Of a stretch of DNA of 64,000 nucleotides, positions 1-12,650 are shown piece by piece. Both the position numbers and the translations under genes were made by a program. The notes beneath the pieces were generated by a model. It was given only the letters and a program-made list of their open reading frames with translations. It made no database searches and was not told the DNA's origin. This DNA is from Callorhinchus milii. Taxonomy: Eukaryota. The DNA lies in contig NW_024704743.1 in assembly GCF_018977255.1 (NCBI RefSeq), positions 106,456,001 through 106,520,000 on the forward strand. The letters are read 5' to 3'. Numbering within the stretch: the first letter of the stretch is position 1; each line of letters opens with the position of its first letter.

Positions 1-209
1 TTCAACTGTACACATTATGACTGACTATTGGCTTCATTTGGGTAGTTTGCCCTTGCTCCTTAACTATGATTTACAGTTCCTATTACAATTGTTAGGCAGT
101 AAGCCCAACAAACCTATCCCTTAATGATCAACCCAACTCCAATTTGGATGAGAGTGTGACCATACACTTGACAATATTATCAAATATCAAAGAAATGAAT
201 AGCACTTAC

Positions 210-3200
210 CTGTTTAGCAATTCCTGAAAATTTCATTACATGTAGAGTTTCATCATATGTAGATGCACATTGGTTTATGTTAATAATCATACAAGCTTTG
301 CCTTTGTCACAAAAGAAACCTTGAAAAAGGCGAGTCAGTTTGCTCTCTCGGAAGGGGACAATAATGGCTTTCATTCTGGTAGTCAGAGAGATGCATAAAA
401 AAAAGCTGGAGATTACCAATTAAGTACAAATATAAGTAGAAGGCTTTTCAGATGCTACCTGCATAACCTTTACTCTGTGCCAGTTATAACATCTGTCCAG
501 AGAGGGTTTTTTTATTAAATGAGAACAATATTTACAAAACATTGAAACATACTGGCTGGCCTTTAAGCTCACTACATGACTTCAGAGTTACATCTTAAAA
601 ATAGTAATTCTTAATAAGTCTGCATAATCCTGGTTCAAAAAATGATATTGTAGCAAATAAACTTATTCTAAATCCTATTCACAGCAGACCAAAATTCACT
701 CATCATACAGAATATAGTATGCAAATATGAAAATAATGTACAATTATATTATGAGAACATCCTGACAAAGGCTGTTTGAAAATCCAATTTGTGTATACAA
801 TTAATTGATTGTGAGCCACTCAAGTTTTTTGTGCTGTATACAAAGCAGAGTTAGTGTTTAGATATTGTATAGAAACGTTGCACATCTCTGTATTTTGCTC
901 AAGTACATAAATCCAATGGTTTACCTACAGGGGAAAAAAAAATGCAGCTTTCCTTAAAAAAAAGTCAACTTCTTTAAAGACCGACAGGTGGGACTCCTCT
1001 CTAGGTAAGTGGTTTGTTGGCCCAAAGCCTCTGGACCACTCCCAGTTAATTTTTTAAGCCCTCGTAGGCAGTCAGGATTGAACAAAAATCTGATCATGAG
1101 GCCTAAAATTGTAGAAAATAAAGTAACTCTCAGGATCACAAAACTGCACTGCTAGGACCGGGAGAGGAGAAAAATCATTTACCTGAAGAAGGGCACCCCC
1201 TGCTGTTTTAACTCAGGAAAGAAATAATTTAACAAAAAACACAAATGTTATCCTATAGATTTTTTGTAAAGTAGAAAGTGCTTCATTCCAATTGGGTGTA
1301 TGTGAATTTCCAAAGATGAGCAATTCAAGTAAATTCCGTTAAAAAAAAAGAACTTGAATGCATTACTTACTTATTGTGCTGTCTCTCCCTGAGTCCAGCA
1401 ATACACTTGCCAAGGATAAGGAGAGAATTATTGATGTTTCCTGCTTCCTTCAGTCGGTTTCCAAATGTTTGCGTCTTACCGCAACGTTCTGACCCAGCCA
1501 AGTCACACAACGATAACCTGCATTTATCATAATTCAACAATTTTAATATATTGCATAATCAGAACCTACCATTGTAGCACTGGCCACCACAATTTCCTAG
1601 CTTACAGAAATTCTTCCTTTTATTTTGCCGAACACTATTCTCCTCAAGCAAGTGACCTCTCTGCAACATTTTGGATTCCAATCACCAGGCTAAGATAAGG
1701 AAGCACCATGCCTTCTCATCCACTACAATCTAATTAACACCTGATTAACCTTCAAATTTTAAAAATTCCTTCACTATTTAATCTTAGCCAAGGTACCCAA
1801 ATTTGCAAAAAAGAATTACTTTGATATAGCACCTTTCAAGCACTTCAAGATGTTGCAATGATTTAATCACCTTATCAAATGCAAAATTAAATTATTCAAT
1901 ATTTTTAGCTGATATAATGCCCTTGGACATAGCAAATAGCAGCTCTAGGTAGGTCTCAGCATCAGAGCAAAGGTTGCAGATTTCATTAAACTTAAGGTGT
2001 GCATTTTAGCTGTGCATTTTAGCTGTGAAAATACAAAACATTTGATATTTAATATGCAACTCTACTTACTCTGAAATCCTGAGAACCTGGGCATTATCTT
2101 CATCATTCATTTGCATCAGTCGAACAGAGAATATTGTGTGGCTGCAAGAACACAAGCCAATTTCGACTAAACTAAGTATTCACAACTTTACATGAATCAA
2201 TTTATAGAACATAAGCAATTACATTAAACGATTTCTAATTCTTCACGACCTAGACTGTGTAGTGGTGAATGGCTAAGAATTTTTTTTGCATTTTTCATGT
2301 ATCCTCACGTCAAATGGCTCAAACTGCTTCATGGTTGATTGCTCTCAATTGTAATGTCTTGGCAACTAATGTCCCACAAACAACCATGATGTGAACATCG
2401 AAATGACTGCAATCCAAAGGATTGCTGACTTGGATAATGAGATAAACTCCTTTCTCCTGGTATGTGTAAAGTTTCATGACTGACAGCCACCTGAACAGTT
2501 CAGCATCTCATCCAAAAGACAGAAACTACCATAATGGAGCAATCCCTCAATACTATGGTGGTGTGTCATTCGTATAAGCTAAAGTACAGATGGGGTATAA
2601 ATCAGCAAACTTCTGACTTAGAGGAGACTGCTACCAAAATGAGTGAAATTGGCAACTTACAAGCTATGTTTAGACATGGTTAGCTTGCCATTAACAGCCT
2701 ACATTTCACCAACTGGCATTTATATAGCACTCTTCACACGGAGTAGCGTCCCGGAGCACTAATAAACTAATGCTTATAGTAAACCTTCTGCTTGATTGCT
2801 GGTTCAATTTGGTGCAAGCCAAGCTTCGATTTTTGTTTCCAACTTTTAGGATCTTGTTAGCCTCATCAGCACTAGTGACGTGGATCCACTTTAGTTCTGA
2901 AAATATTTGCAAAAACGTGAGGCAGCCAAAGACAGAAACATGTCATACATATAAATGATCAACTTTCTAATCCAACAATTCTAATATTTCATATTCAGAC
3001 TTGGAAAGCTAAACAACTTAAAAAATATATAAAATCGGGTATACCTTTAACATAACAGTTTCCATTTTGATCTTCACAGACTCGCAAGTTTCGCCGTTTC
3101 TGGGTTTTTAAAGCTGGTATTGCCTCCAATAGGTCATAGACATATTCATTGTAAATTTCACAGAATGAAACCCAAACTGAATATTTGACTGGTCCTTGAT

Positions 3201-6200
3201 CACAGAGGTCAGTGTCGCTATTAAAACCATTCTCTATTTCAGACTCTCTTTCTGCCATTGAAAAGGAAACAAATTTAAGACACTTTAAATAGCTATCCTT
3301 GCATTTAGCACCTTTCATTTTGGGCGGACATTTCAAAGCACTTCACTGGATTTACTGTAACATGTAGTCTCTGTATTTTATAGGCGAGTGTGTGAGCCAA
3401 TTTCCACACAGCAATGTCACACAAACAGTTGTGAAGTGACTGATCAATTTTATCTGGAGAATTGTTATAATAATCCTTGCATTTGATATAGCGCTTTTCA
3501 CGTCTTCTAGATGTCTCAAAGAATATACTGTAAAGTGAATTGACTGTATATTTGTGTGTGAGTTGTTGGCCAGAACACTGAGAAAATAGTGCCATGGGAT
3601 ATTTTGTGCTCACAAAATACAGTCAATCCACAGTCAAGATGTCTTGATGACATTTGGTGCTATATTAAACACAAGTGTTATTATGCAAACATTTTAACGT
3701 CAGCCTTCAAGCTAAGGTTCCTTTCTGCCACACAAACTCAAGCTGAATGGCATGGAACACACAACTAACACAGTTGACATTTTGCTACACTTCAAAAGCA
3801 AGCTTCAATATAATATTCATCAAAACCAGAGAGCAGAGTAAGAGCCATTTTAAAAAAAAATACCCAATTTGTCAGGGGATAGAGAGTACGCTTCAGGGGT
3901 TGTACTTGTTGAGAAGAGTCCTTTTAGGCTGCTCTGACATGTGGTCCTCAAGGTGCGATATTCCACCTCCTAAAAGAGGAAAAGCTACATCTGTAGAATA
4001 AAGTACAAAATATGCAACTTGTGCTCATAAATCTAACAATTTGGGAGGATCAATTAACCTCAGTTATATTGATATGCACGGGTGGCATATTGGTGCACCC
4101 CACTTTAATATGCCAAAGATTAAAATTTTGTAAGTGTGAAACAAAGTTATTTCTTGAATCCCATAGAAAGTGATACAGTTGCAGTACAAAGAAAGCTTAG
4201 TAAAACATTTCAAAAGACAATTCAAATATACAGGACCTAACCAATAATAATATAATAATAATCCTTGCATTTGATGTAGCGCTTTTCACGTCTTCTCGAC
4301 GTCTCAAAGCACTTCACAGAATATGCTGTAAAGTGAATTGACTGTATATTTGTGGGCGAAACTCAGCAGCCAATTGCGCACAGCAGTGTCTCACAAATAG
4401 TCGTGGATTGAAAATGACCAATTTATTATTGTTTTGTTTTTTGGAGGGATTAGTATTAGGCGTGTGGAGTAAGGAAACTTGCCCAAGGTTTCGCCCTGAC
4501 CTGCCGGGAATTGAACCCAGGTGTTTCGCTTGCAAGGCGAGTGCTCTAACCACTGAGCCAGAGGACCACAATAGGTTCCAGAAAGAGCAAGATTCACAAC
4601 CACCACCAAAACAACTTGCATTTATATAACATCTCAGTCCAACATCAGTTGTCACTCCAAGAAATCAACTCACCTCTTTCAGCATGGAAAGGACACTAGC
4701 TTTAACAAGCTCTTCTTGCCAAACTTGATTACTGTCCAGTTTCAAAACCTCATTGCATGTAAATGGCTTTAAATCCATCCTTTTATACCATCTTCCTTTT
4801 ACGTGATTAAAGAGCATATCCAGTGATCTTGGCAAAATACCACCATCTTTAGGTGTACCTATCCATGACCAAAAGAAAGTGTCTGAGTAATGAAAACTAC
4901 CATTATTTCTAAAGAGCAAAGCAACTTGTAGTTTTGATTTGGAAAATAAAATCTAAATTGATATTTGGGAAATAGAAATTGAAAGTTCAATTTGAGCTAG
5001 ATTAGAAAAACATAGACTTGCGACCTTGAAATGGTTATAATTACATACATTGGGTTCTCTTATTTCTCCATCCATTTAAACACAGATCAGACTTCCTTCT
5101 GACGTGAAAGGTGCAATATAAATTATTTTGTACAAATCGGGGGAAATTCAAAGATTTTAATCCTCTTAGCTCTGATTTATTGTACAGAATTAATTGCGTA
5201 CAATTTGGAGTAATACAGATTATGCATTGTGTTTTGAAAGAATAGGTTCTTGTTCTTTACTTTGTATTCTTAGCCCTTTTTTGTTTCTTTGTTTTTAAGC
5301 CCAGTTCAAGATCCCGGTCATCACCTTCAAAGCCCTCCATGGCCTTGCTCCCCCCTACCTCTGCGAACTCCTAAACTCCTTACCAACCTGCCTGCTCCCT
5401 CCGTTCAGCGGACTTTGGCTGCTTCACGTCCACTGCCTCGGCGGTCCCACCATTGGCAGGCGGGCCTTCAGACACTCTGCCTTCACTCTCTGAAGCTCCA
5501 TCCCGCAGTCCCTCTACCTCGCCTCCTCCCTTGCCTCCTTCAAGACCTGTCTCAAGACCCTTCTCTTCCACCATGCCTTCAATCACCCTCCTTCTCCACC
5601 TGCCCTCCACCCTCCCCGAACCCGACACCTAGCTCGACACCTAGCTCGGGTCCGAAACATTGATTGTCCAGCGCCTTGGGACGTCCTCCCAACGCAAAAG
5701 GCACTATACAAATGTCCCGCCCCCCCCAAAAAAAAAACTCCATACCTTGGATTGTGTAGGTTTTCCCAGCGTTGGTAACTCCATAAGTAAACACTAAACT
5801 GTTCTGACCTTTAAGGAATTGTTTAACCAAATTTTTTATTGTACCATCAAAGAATTGCTTCTGGGTGGTTTGATGCCCAAAGATCTGAAAAGAGGCACAG
5901 AAGAAATATTTATGTACTGTCTAAATTATAGAAATATTGTTAAAGACCTTCAGATGAGTTGAATACACTTAGGCAGGTTATAAGCTGATCATGTAGTTAC
6001 TTTCCAGCAATTTATTGATTAATACATACAAATGAATCAAATAATCAATCACTCACCTGAGTGAATGTAAACTTGTGTACAGATTGGCCAATACCCCTTT
6101 CACTATTTTTCATGGTGGATGAAAGCTTGGGAGCTCTCAACACAACAGTCTCGGAACTTTCTAAAATCACACAATCCTAAGAAACACATTTAGAACATTC

Positions 6201-9200
6201 AGTGTGGGCAAAATTAAGTTCATTGCATTTTAAAAGGCACAGCTATGCTATATAACGTTTACTGTTTGAATTTCATTGCAGTTACACTTCTGAAAGTTAC
6301 TCATCTCAACAGAATTTTACTTTTTAGTGAGGTACTGCCAAACAACTGGTTATCGACACCTTGAAGAAACCTTCCCTCGACCCATCACAGCTATCTAGCT
6401 ACCGGCCCATCTCAAATCTCCCCTCCCTATCCAAGGTCCTTGAGAGAACCGTTGACTCTCAGCTTTGCTCTTTCCTCTCCTCTCACTCCCTCCGTGAACC
6501 CCTCCAATCGGGTTTCTGTGCTGTCCACAGCACTGAAACTGCTCTGGTCAAGGTCACAAATGACATCCTGACCATGTGTGACCAGGGCTCCCTCTGCCTC
6601 CTCATCCTCCTCAACCTCTCCGCCGCCCTTGACACCGTGGACCACTCAGTCCTCCTCCACCGCCTCTCCTCCCACCTCAACCTTCATGGTTCTGTCCTTG
6701 ACTGGTTCAGGTCCTACCTTTCACACCACCTCTACTTCATCGCGGAAAACGGTTTCTTCTCCAGGCCCCACAGTGTTCCTCAGGGCTCTGTCCTCGGTCC
6801 CCTCCTCTTCACCCTCTACATGCTCCCCCTTGGTGACGTCATCCACAGACATGGGGTAAATTTCCACATGTATGCGGATGACATCCAACTCTACCCTGGA
6901 CTCCAGGACTACTGGGGTCCTGACTGACTGCCTGTCCGACATCAAATCCTGGACGAGGGACAACTTTCTCCAACTCAACGTCAGCAAGACTGAGGCCCTC
7001 CTAATTGGCTCACACCAGTGCTTCCACACCTCAGGCGCTGGCAGCACCAGCATCCATGACTGCACACTCAACCTCACTAAGCCAGTCAGGAACCTGGGTG
7101 TTTTGTTTGACCCTGAACTGTCCTTTCTCCCCCACATCTATGCCATGACCGGCACTGCCTACCACCACCTCCGCAACATTGCCAAACTCCGCCACCGCCT
7201 CACCCCTCAGGCTGCCGAAATCCTCGCTCATGCATTCATCACCCGAAGGCTTGATTACGGGAACTCCCTCCTCATCGGCCTTCCCAACTCTTCCCTTCAC
7301 AAGCTGAAGATCATCCAAAACTTTGCAACTCGTGTACTCTCATGCACCAGGCTCCGTGACCCGATCACTCCCACTCTCACCCGACTCCACTGGCCCCCCA
7401 TCCCTCAGAGGATCGAGTTCAAGAACCTCACCTTTAAAACCATCCGTGGCCTTACCCCTCCTACCTCTTTGACCTGCTGACCCCCTACCAACCTGCCCAC
7501 TCCCTCCATTCATCAGGCTCCGGTCTGCTCCATGTCTCCCGCCCGACCTGCCCTGCCATCGGTGGCCAGACTTTCAGCTTCTCTGCCCCCACACTCTGGA
7601 ACTCCATCCCACGGTTCCTTCACCTCGTTTCCTCCCTTGCCTCCTTCAAGGCCAGTCTTAAGACCCTTCTCTTTGATCGTGCCTTTGGTCGCCCTCCCAC
7701 CTCTCTGCTTTCCCTCACCCCTACACCACCCCACCTTTAAAACCATCCGTGGCCTTGCCCCTCTTACCTCTTTGACCTGCTGAATCCCTACCAACCTGCC
7801 CACTCCCTCCTGAATGTTCAGTGCTTTGGGAGGTCCTCCCGACATGAAAGGCGCTCTATAAATGTAATTTTGCTGTTGTTGTTACAAAGTGTGCAGCAAT
7901 AACTAATTTATTTGGAGTCCTGTAGCTCAGTGGTTAGAGCACTCACTTTGCAAGCGAGAGACCTGAGTTCAATTCCAGGCAGGGCGAAACCTTGGGCAAG
8001 TTTCCTTACTCCACACGCCTAATAATAATCCCTCCAAAACAAAACAATAATAAATTGGTCATTTTCAATCTACGACTGTTTGTGGGACATTGCTGTGCGC
8101 AATTGGCTGCCGCATTCGCCCACAAATATACAATCAATTCACTTTACAGTGTGTTCTATGAAGTGCTTTGGGACGTCCTCCCGACGTGAAAAGCGCTATA
8201 TCAAATGCAAGGATTATTATTATTATAGGGCGAAACCTTGGGTAAGTTTCCTTACTCCACAATAATAATCTCTCCAAAACAAAAAACAATAATAAATTGG
8301 TCATTTTCAATCCATGACTGTTTGTGGGACACTGCTGTGCACAATTGGCTGCCGAGTTTCGCCCACAAATATACGGTCAATTCACTTTACAGCGTATTCT
8401 GTGAAGTGCCTTGAGACATCTAGAAGACATGAAAAGCGCTATATCAAATGCAAGGATTATTATTATACCTTTGCTTACCTAGCAGTGAGTAGGAACCTGG
8501 TTATTAGTCGATTGGCGGATCGTTTTTTAGCAGTAATAATCCCTCTCCCCCAAATAAATTGGTCACTCAATCCACTGTTTGTGGGACACTGCTGTGCACA
8601 ACTGGCTGCCACGTTTCTCCCACAAAATATAGTCAATTCACTTTACAGTATATCCTGTGAAACGCTTTCAGATGTCTCAACGACGAGATAAGGGGCTATT
8701 TGACTACATATATTGTGCGTGAAACGCAGTAGCCAATTGCGCACAGCAGTCTCCCACAAAGTCATGTATTTTTTTAAATAAAGGGATTATTAAACTCAAA
8801 CTCAAGGTAACCAAATTCAAAAGTTGTATGACTTAAATGTTTTTTTATCATTACAATGGGATGATTCACTGACCTGAGATTCATTATTTTCCATTTCTAC
8901 TTGTGAAAAGGGCCTCACTCTCAGATATACCTTCATGCATTGGTCCTCAGGCTCAATTAAACACTGTTTTTTCTGGTTGTCAGCCTGATCAGAGGAAGCA
9001 CAATTGGAATACAGCACTTGATCAGTCACCGTGGGATTAGATTTAACAAGGGCAGTTCCAACTGAATTGTAGCAAAAACGAACCTTAGATTTCGGGGTAC
9101 AAAATTCATCCACTAACTCAGACAATGACTGCGGTTGCATTTGTGGTTCATAAAAAATTGAATCCGAAAGAATTGAATGTTCACATGCAGAATACTTGAT

Positions 9201-9206
9201 ATCCAT
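210..9206 (-). CDS. Kinesin-6 family motor, KIF20A-like (5' portion; gene continues beyond the left edge)
   Basis: GT-AG exons with consistent phases: 9206-8874 (possibly split by intron 8985-9083), 6176-6057, 5884-5746, 4858-4674, 3969-3864, 3251-3045, 2896-2785, 2141-2070, 1517-1371, 375-210. Spliced protein has KVYLRVRP, P-loop GVTNAGKT, switch I SSRSH, switch [17 protein letters not shown] and the long loop-6 insertion typical of kinesin-6. Exact paralog not resolved. Confidence 0.92.
4246..4567 (-). mobile_element. tRNA-Ala-derived SINE with Deu-type core and L2-like (ATT)n tail
   Basis: Head with A box TGGCTCAGTGG, TGC anticodon, B box GGTTCAATTCC; core ACTGCTGTGCGCAATTGGCTGC; tail CAAATGCAAGGATTATTATTA. 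Confidence 0.85.
5300..5712 (+). mobile_element. L2-clade LINE 3' fragment
   Basis: C-rich ORF2 3' end and GGGACGTCCTCCC...GGCACTATACAAATG tail shared with other copies. Confidence 0.75.
6358..7882 (+). mobile_element. 5'-truncated L2-clade LINE with frameshifted reverse transcriptase
   Basis: ORFs 6361-6927 ([23 protein letters not shown]) and 6872-7480; (GTT)n-like tail; internal duplication of about 7428-7510 at 7731-7810. Confidence 0.9.
7914..8700 (+). mobile_element. Three head-to-tail copies of the tRNA-Ala/Deu SINE (one full, two 5'-truncated)
   Basis: Units about 7914-8226, 8227-8465, 8470-8700, each repeating the core and tail. Confidence 0.85.
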
Positions 9207-10424
9207 ATCCGATGTTCTCTGAGCTTTTCCTTCAATACAAGTCAAACAACACAATTCAGACTGTTTTATCCCACCATGTTTTATATGAAAAACATTACGA
9301 CTGGGTCATAGGCAATTTATATAAACTCAAATGATCTGGGATGTCAACACAATATTCAGGTAATAGCTTAGTGAAACAAATTATTTGATTCAGACAAAAT
9401 ATAACCTTAAAGAGTCAGCCATATAGTTACAAGATTATAAGGATCTAAAACCTTTATGATCATCTATAATTCAGTTGAATCATTTAAAATAAGTAATTTA
9501 ACTCTTACAGAACTCTTCCTCCAATTTGGAAAATCTAATCTTGTTTTTAATATGAGGTTCCTACACGACACCCAATGGCTATTGAAATAAATTCTTAGCA
9601 AATCACAAATATCAGACATAGACAAAGGCAGTTTTAAGCTTTAATATCAAAAATTTGGAAGGCTTGCTTAAAAATGACAATAAGCAATTGTTGTATTGGA
9701 AAAATTAGTCAGAATTGCATAACATTACCTAAGGAAATCTCAACAGCACATTTATTAAAAAACAATAAACATGCCAAATTTTGACATGTAATACAAAATA
9801 ATCCTATAAATCTGACATTCTTACTCTTCATTTCATCATTGTACAAAACAATCAAACAAATGTATTTACCCTACCCTTTGCTTTGCAGTTAGAAACCTTT
9901 GTGAGCTAAACTGGCTAGTATTTTGCTCCAACCCAGTTTGACTATTACTTTGCAAATTGGTGACTGGTATTTCCTTTAAATAGGTAACCAGTGGCACCTG
10001 TTGTGCATTAATTGGTTCTGAAAGGATCCATTGAAAATATAGGGTTTCAAAATGACTTAGAACCCAAGTGTTGTAAATTAATCCAAAATAAATAGGTAAT
10101 AGAGATACATGTTCACCTGCAAAAAATATTCATTGTCTCTTGCTAGTTTTGTTATTGGCAATAGCTCTCTGCTATTAACACAAATTTACCACACAACAGT
10201 GCTCTTAAACATTTTTTTTCATTACCGGTTCAAAAATAATAGTGCTTACCTACACTGCACAAAACTGATCTTTGCCCAAATCAAGCACAATGGCATTGCA
10301 TACACGGTACATGTTAAGTATCTGATTGTCTCAATTGGTAGCACTCTGAGCCAGAACTCAAACCTCATTCAGGACTTTAAGCTCACACCATCTTGATTGA
10401 CACTCCAGTTTCCATTAACTATTT

Positions 10425-10900
10425 GGATAGCAGTCAAAGCCATGGAGAAGTGCAATGTAGATTTATTTACTGGGATGAGTGATTCTATTTATGATAGAAG
10501 GTTTAAAACATTAGGGGTCACTGGAGCAAGAGGTCAACAAGAGATCTAATAGAACTATTCAAAATTAGAAAAGTGTTTCCAGAGGCAAAATAGTGAGATA
10601 TTTTCACTGGCTGTTTAAAATGAAAAACTGAAATTATTATTAGCATTAAATGAGATGCCAAGATCTAATTTTTAATTGAGATAATTAAGTTCCAGACAAA
10701 TTTCAAGTGACCATTGAAGATGTGTCAATTATGCCTTTTAAACGGGAATTAGATAACACATTTGAAGAACAATAAGTGTATAGAAAAATAGCAGAGAAAT
10801 AGAATTAGAGAAGATTGCTTCAATAGAAAGCTAACATGGCACATGAATGATGATCTGCGTACCCTCCACCCATACTGAAACGTGCTGATACTAAGGATTC
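10425..10900 (+). mobile_element. Old CR1-clade LINE relic
   Basis: Degenerate resemblance to the CR1 3' region at 19830-20450. Confidence 0.5.
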
Positions 10901-10948
10901 TGTGATTTATAAATGAACAACAGTTAAGCTTGAAACACCTAGAATATA

Positions 10949-12191
10949 TAATCCTTGCATTTGATATAGCGCTTTATCACGTCTTCAAGAGGTCTCAAAG
11001 CACTTCACAGAATATACTGTAAAGTAAATTGACTGTATTTTATGGGTGAAACGTGGAAGCCAATTGTGCACAGCAGTGTCCCACAGTCATGGATTGAGTG
11101 ACCAATTTATTATTTTTTTTGGAAGGAATTATTACCCCTGGAAAAGCGATCCGCCAATTGACTAACAACCGGTTCCTACTTACTGCTAGGTAAACAGAGA
11201 CATGTGGAATAACAACAACAACAACAAGATTCCATTTATAAAGCGCCTTTCACGTCAGGAGGACGTCCCAAGGCGCTGCACAGTTGGGTCAGGACCCGAG
11301 CAGTGGGGGAAATGGTCAGGGTGAGAGGAGGGAAGGGAGGGAGCGAGGAGGGGGGAAATGGTCAGGGTGAGAGGAGGGAAGGGAGGGAGCGAAGAGGAGG
11401 AAGAGAGTCGAGAGGGGAGCTGAAGGCTCGGTCAAAGAGAAAGGTTTTGAGACCGGCCTTGAAGGAGGAGAGGGAGGAAGCAAGGCGAAGGCACTGGGGG
11501 ATGGAGTTCCAGAGCCTCGGGGCTGAGAGGCTGAAGGCCCGACCACCGATGGTAGGGCGATTGGGGCGGGTGACGTGGAGCAGACTGGAGCCGGAGGAAC
11601 GGAGGGTACGGGCAGGTAGGTAGGGGGATAGTAGGTCAGAGAGGTAGGAGGGAGCAAGGCCGTGGATGGCCTTATAGGTGAGGATGAGGATCTTGAAATC
11701 AATCCTCTGGGGGATGGGGAGCCAGTGGAGGCGAGCGAGGGTGGGAGTGATGTGGTCGCGAGGCCTGGTGCGGGACAGTACACGAGCTGCAGAGTTCTGA
11801 ATGACCTGCAGCTTGTGGAGGGAGGTGCTGGGAAGGCCGGCGAGGAGAGAGTTCCCATAGTCCAGCCTTGAGGTGACAAAGGCGTGGACCAGGTTTCAGC
11901 AGCGTGAGGGGTGAGGTAGTGCCGTAGTCTGGCGATGTTCCGGAGGTGATGGAAGGCGGTGCCAGTTGTGGTGCGGATGTGAGGGAGAAAGGACAGCTCA
12001 GGGTCGAACAAAACGCCGAGGTTCCTGACTGGCTTTGAGAGGTGGAGAGTGCAGCCTTGGATGCTGATGGTGTCGGCGCCTGAGGTGCGGAGAAAATAAG
12101 GAAACTTGCCCAACGTTTCGCCCTTTCAGGAATCAAATCCAGATCTCTTGCTTGCGGGGTGAGTGCTCTAACCACTGAACTACAGGATTCC
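10949..12191 (-). mobile_element. SINE (body 10949-11212, head 12095-12191) interrupted by an L2 insertion (11213-12094)
   Basis: SINE sequence resumes exactly across the L2; AATAA duplicated at 11208-11212 and 12095-12099; L2 ORF2 remnant in ORF 11316-12113. Confidence 0.88.
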
Positions 12192-12539
12192 ACAAAAATT
12201 CCATTGCTCGATAAGTGTCACTCTTTATATGGATAGGGGTCAAAGCCATGGAGAAGTGCAATGTAGATTTATTTACTAGGATGATTCCAGGGATGAGCGA
12301 TTCTATTTATGGTAGGTTTGAAACATTCGGGGTGTTCACTGGAGCTTGGAGTCAACAAGAGGTCTAATAGATCTATTCAAAATTAGAAAAGTGGTTCCAG
12401 AGGTAAAATAATGAGAAATTTGGTAGAGGATGGAAAAGGAAATTGTGACAATACATAGGTGGGAACAGTTCCTGGCTTCAATAATTAGATGCTATGCATT
12501 CAGATTTGTTCATAAGCATGAATGCCAAAATCAAGGTTT

Positions 12540-12650
12540 ACGTCGGGTTCTGACGAAAGTTCATCGACTTAAAACGTTAACCCACTTTCCTCTCTCCGTA
12601 GATGCTGCTTGACCTGCTGAGTGTTCCCAGCAACTTGCTTTTATTTTACT
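12540..12650 (+). mobile_element. Penelope-like element terminal remnant containing a degenerate minimal hammerhead motif
   Basis: GGGTT-CTGACGA-AAGT tcatcg ACTT-AAAA-CGTT-AACCC followed by CTCTCTCCGTAGATGCTGCTTGACCTGCTGAG, resembling the PLE-derived repeat common in chondrichthyan genomes (from recall). Confidence 0.65.

Noticed and set aside
6361..7480. Reverse-transcriptase ORFs as a functional or domesticated gene
   Set aside because: Frameshifted, 5'-truncated, no endonuclease; ordinary L2 decay.
7914..8700. Regularly spaced repeats suggesting a CRISPR-like array
   Set aside because: Eukaryotic context; units are whole SINE copies with no unique spacers.
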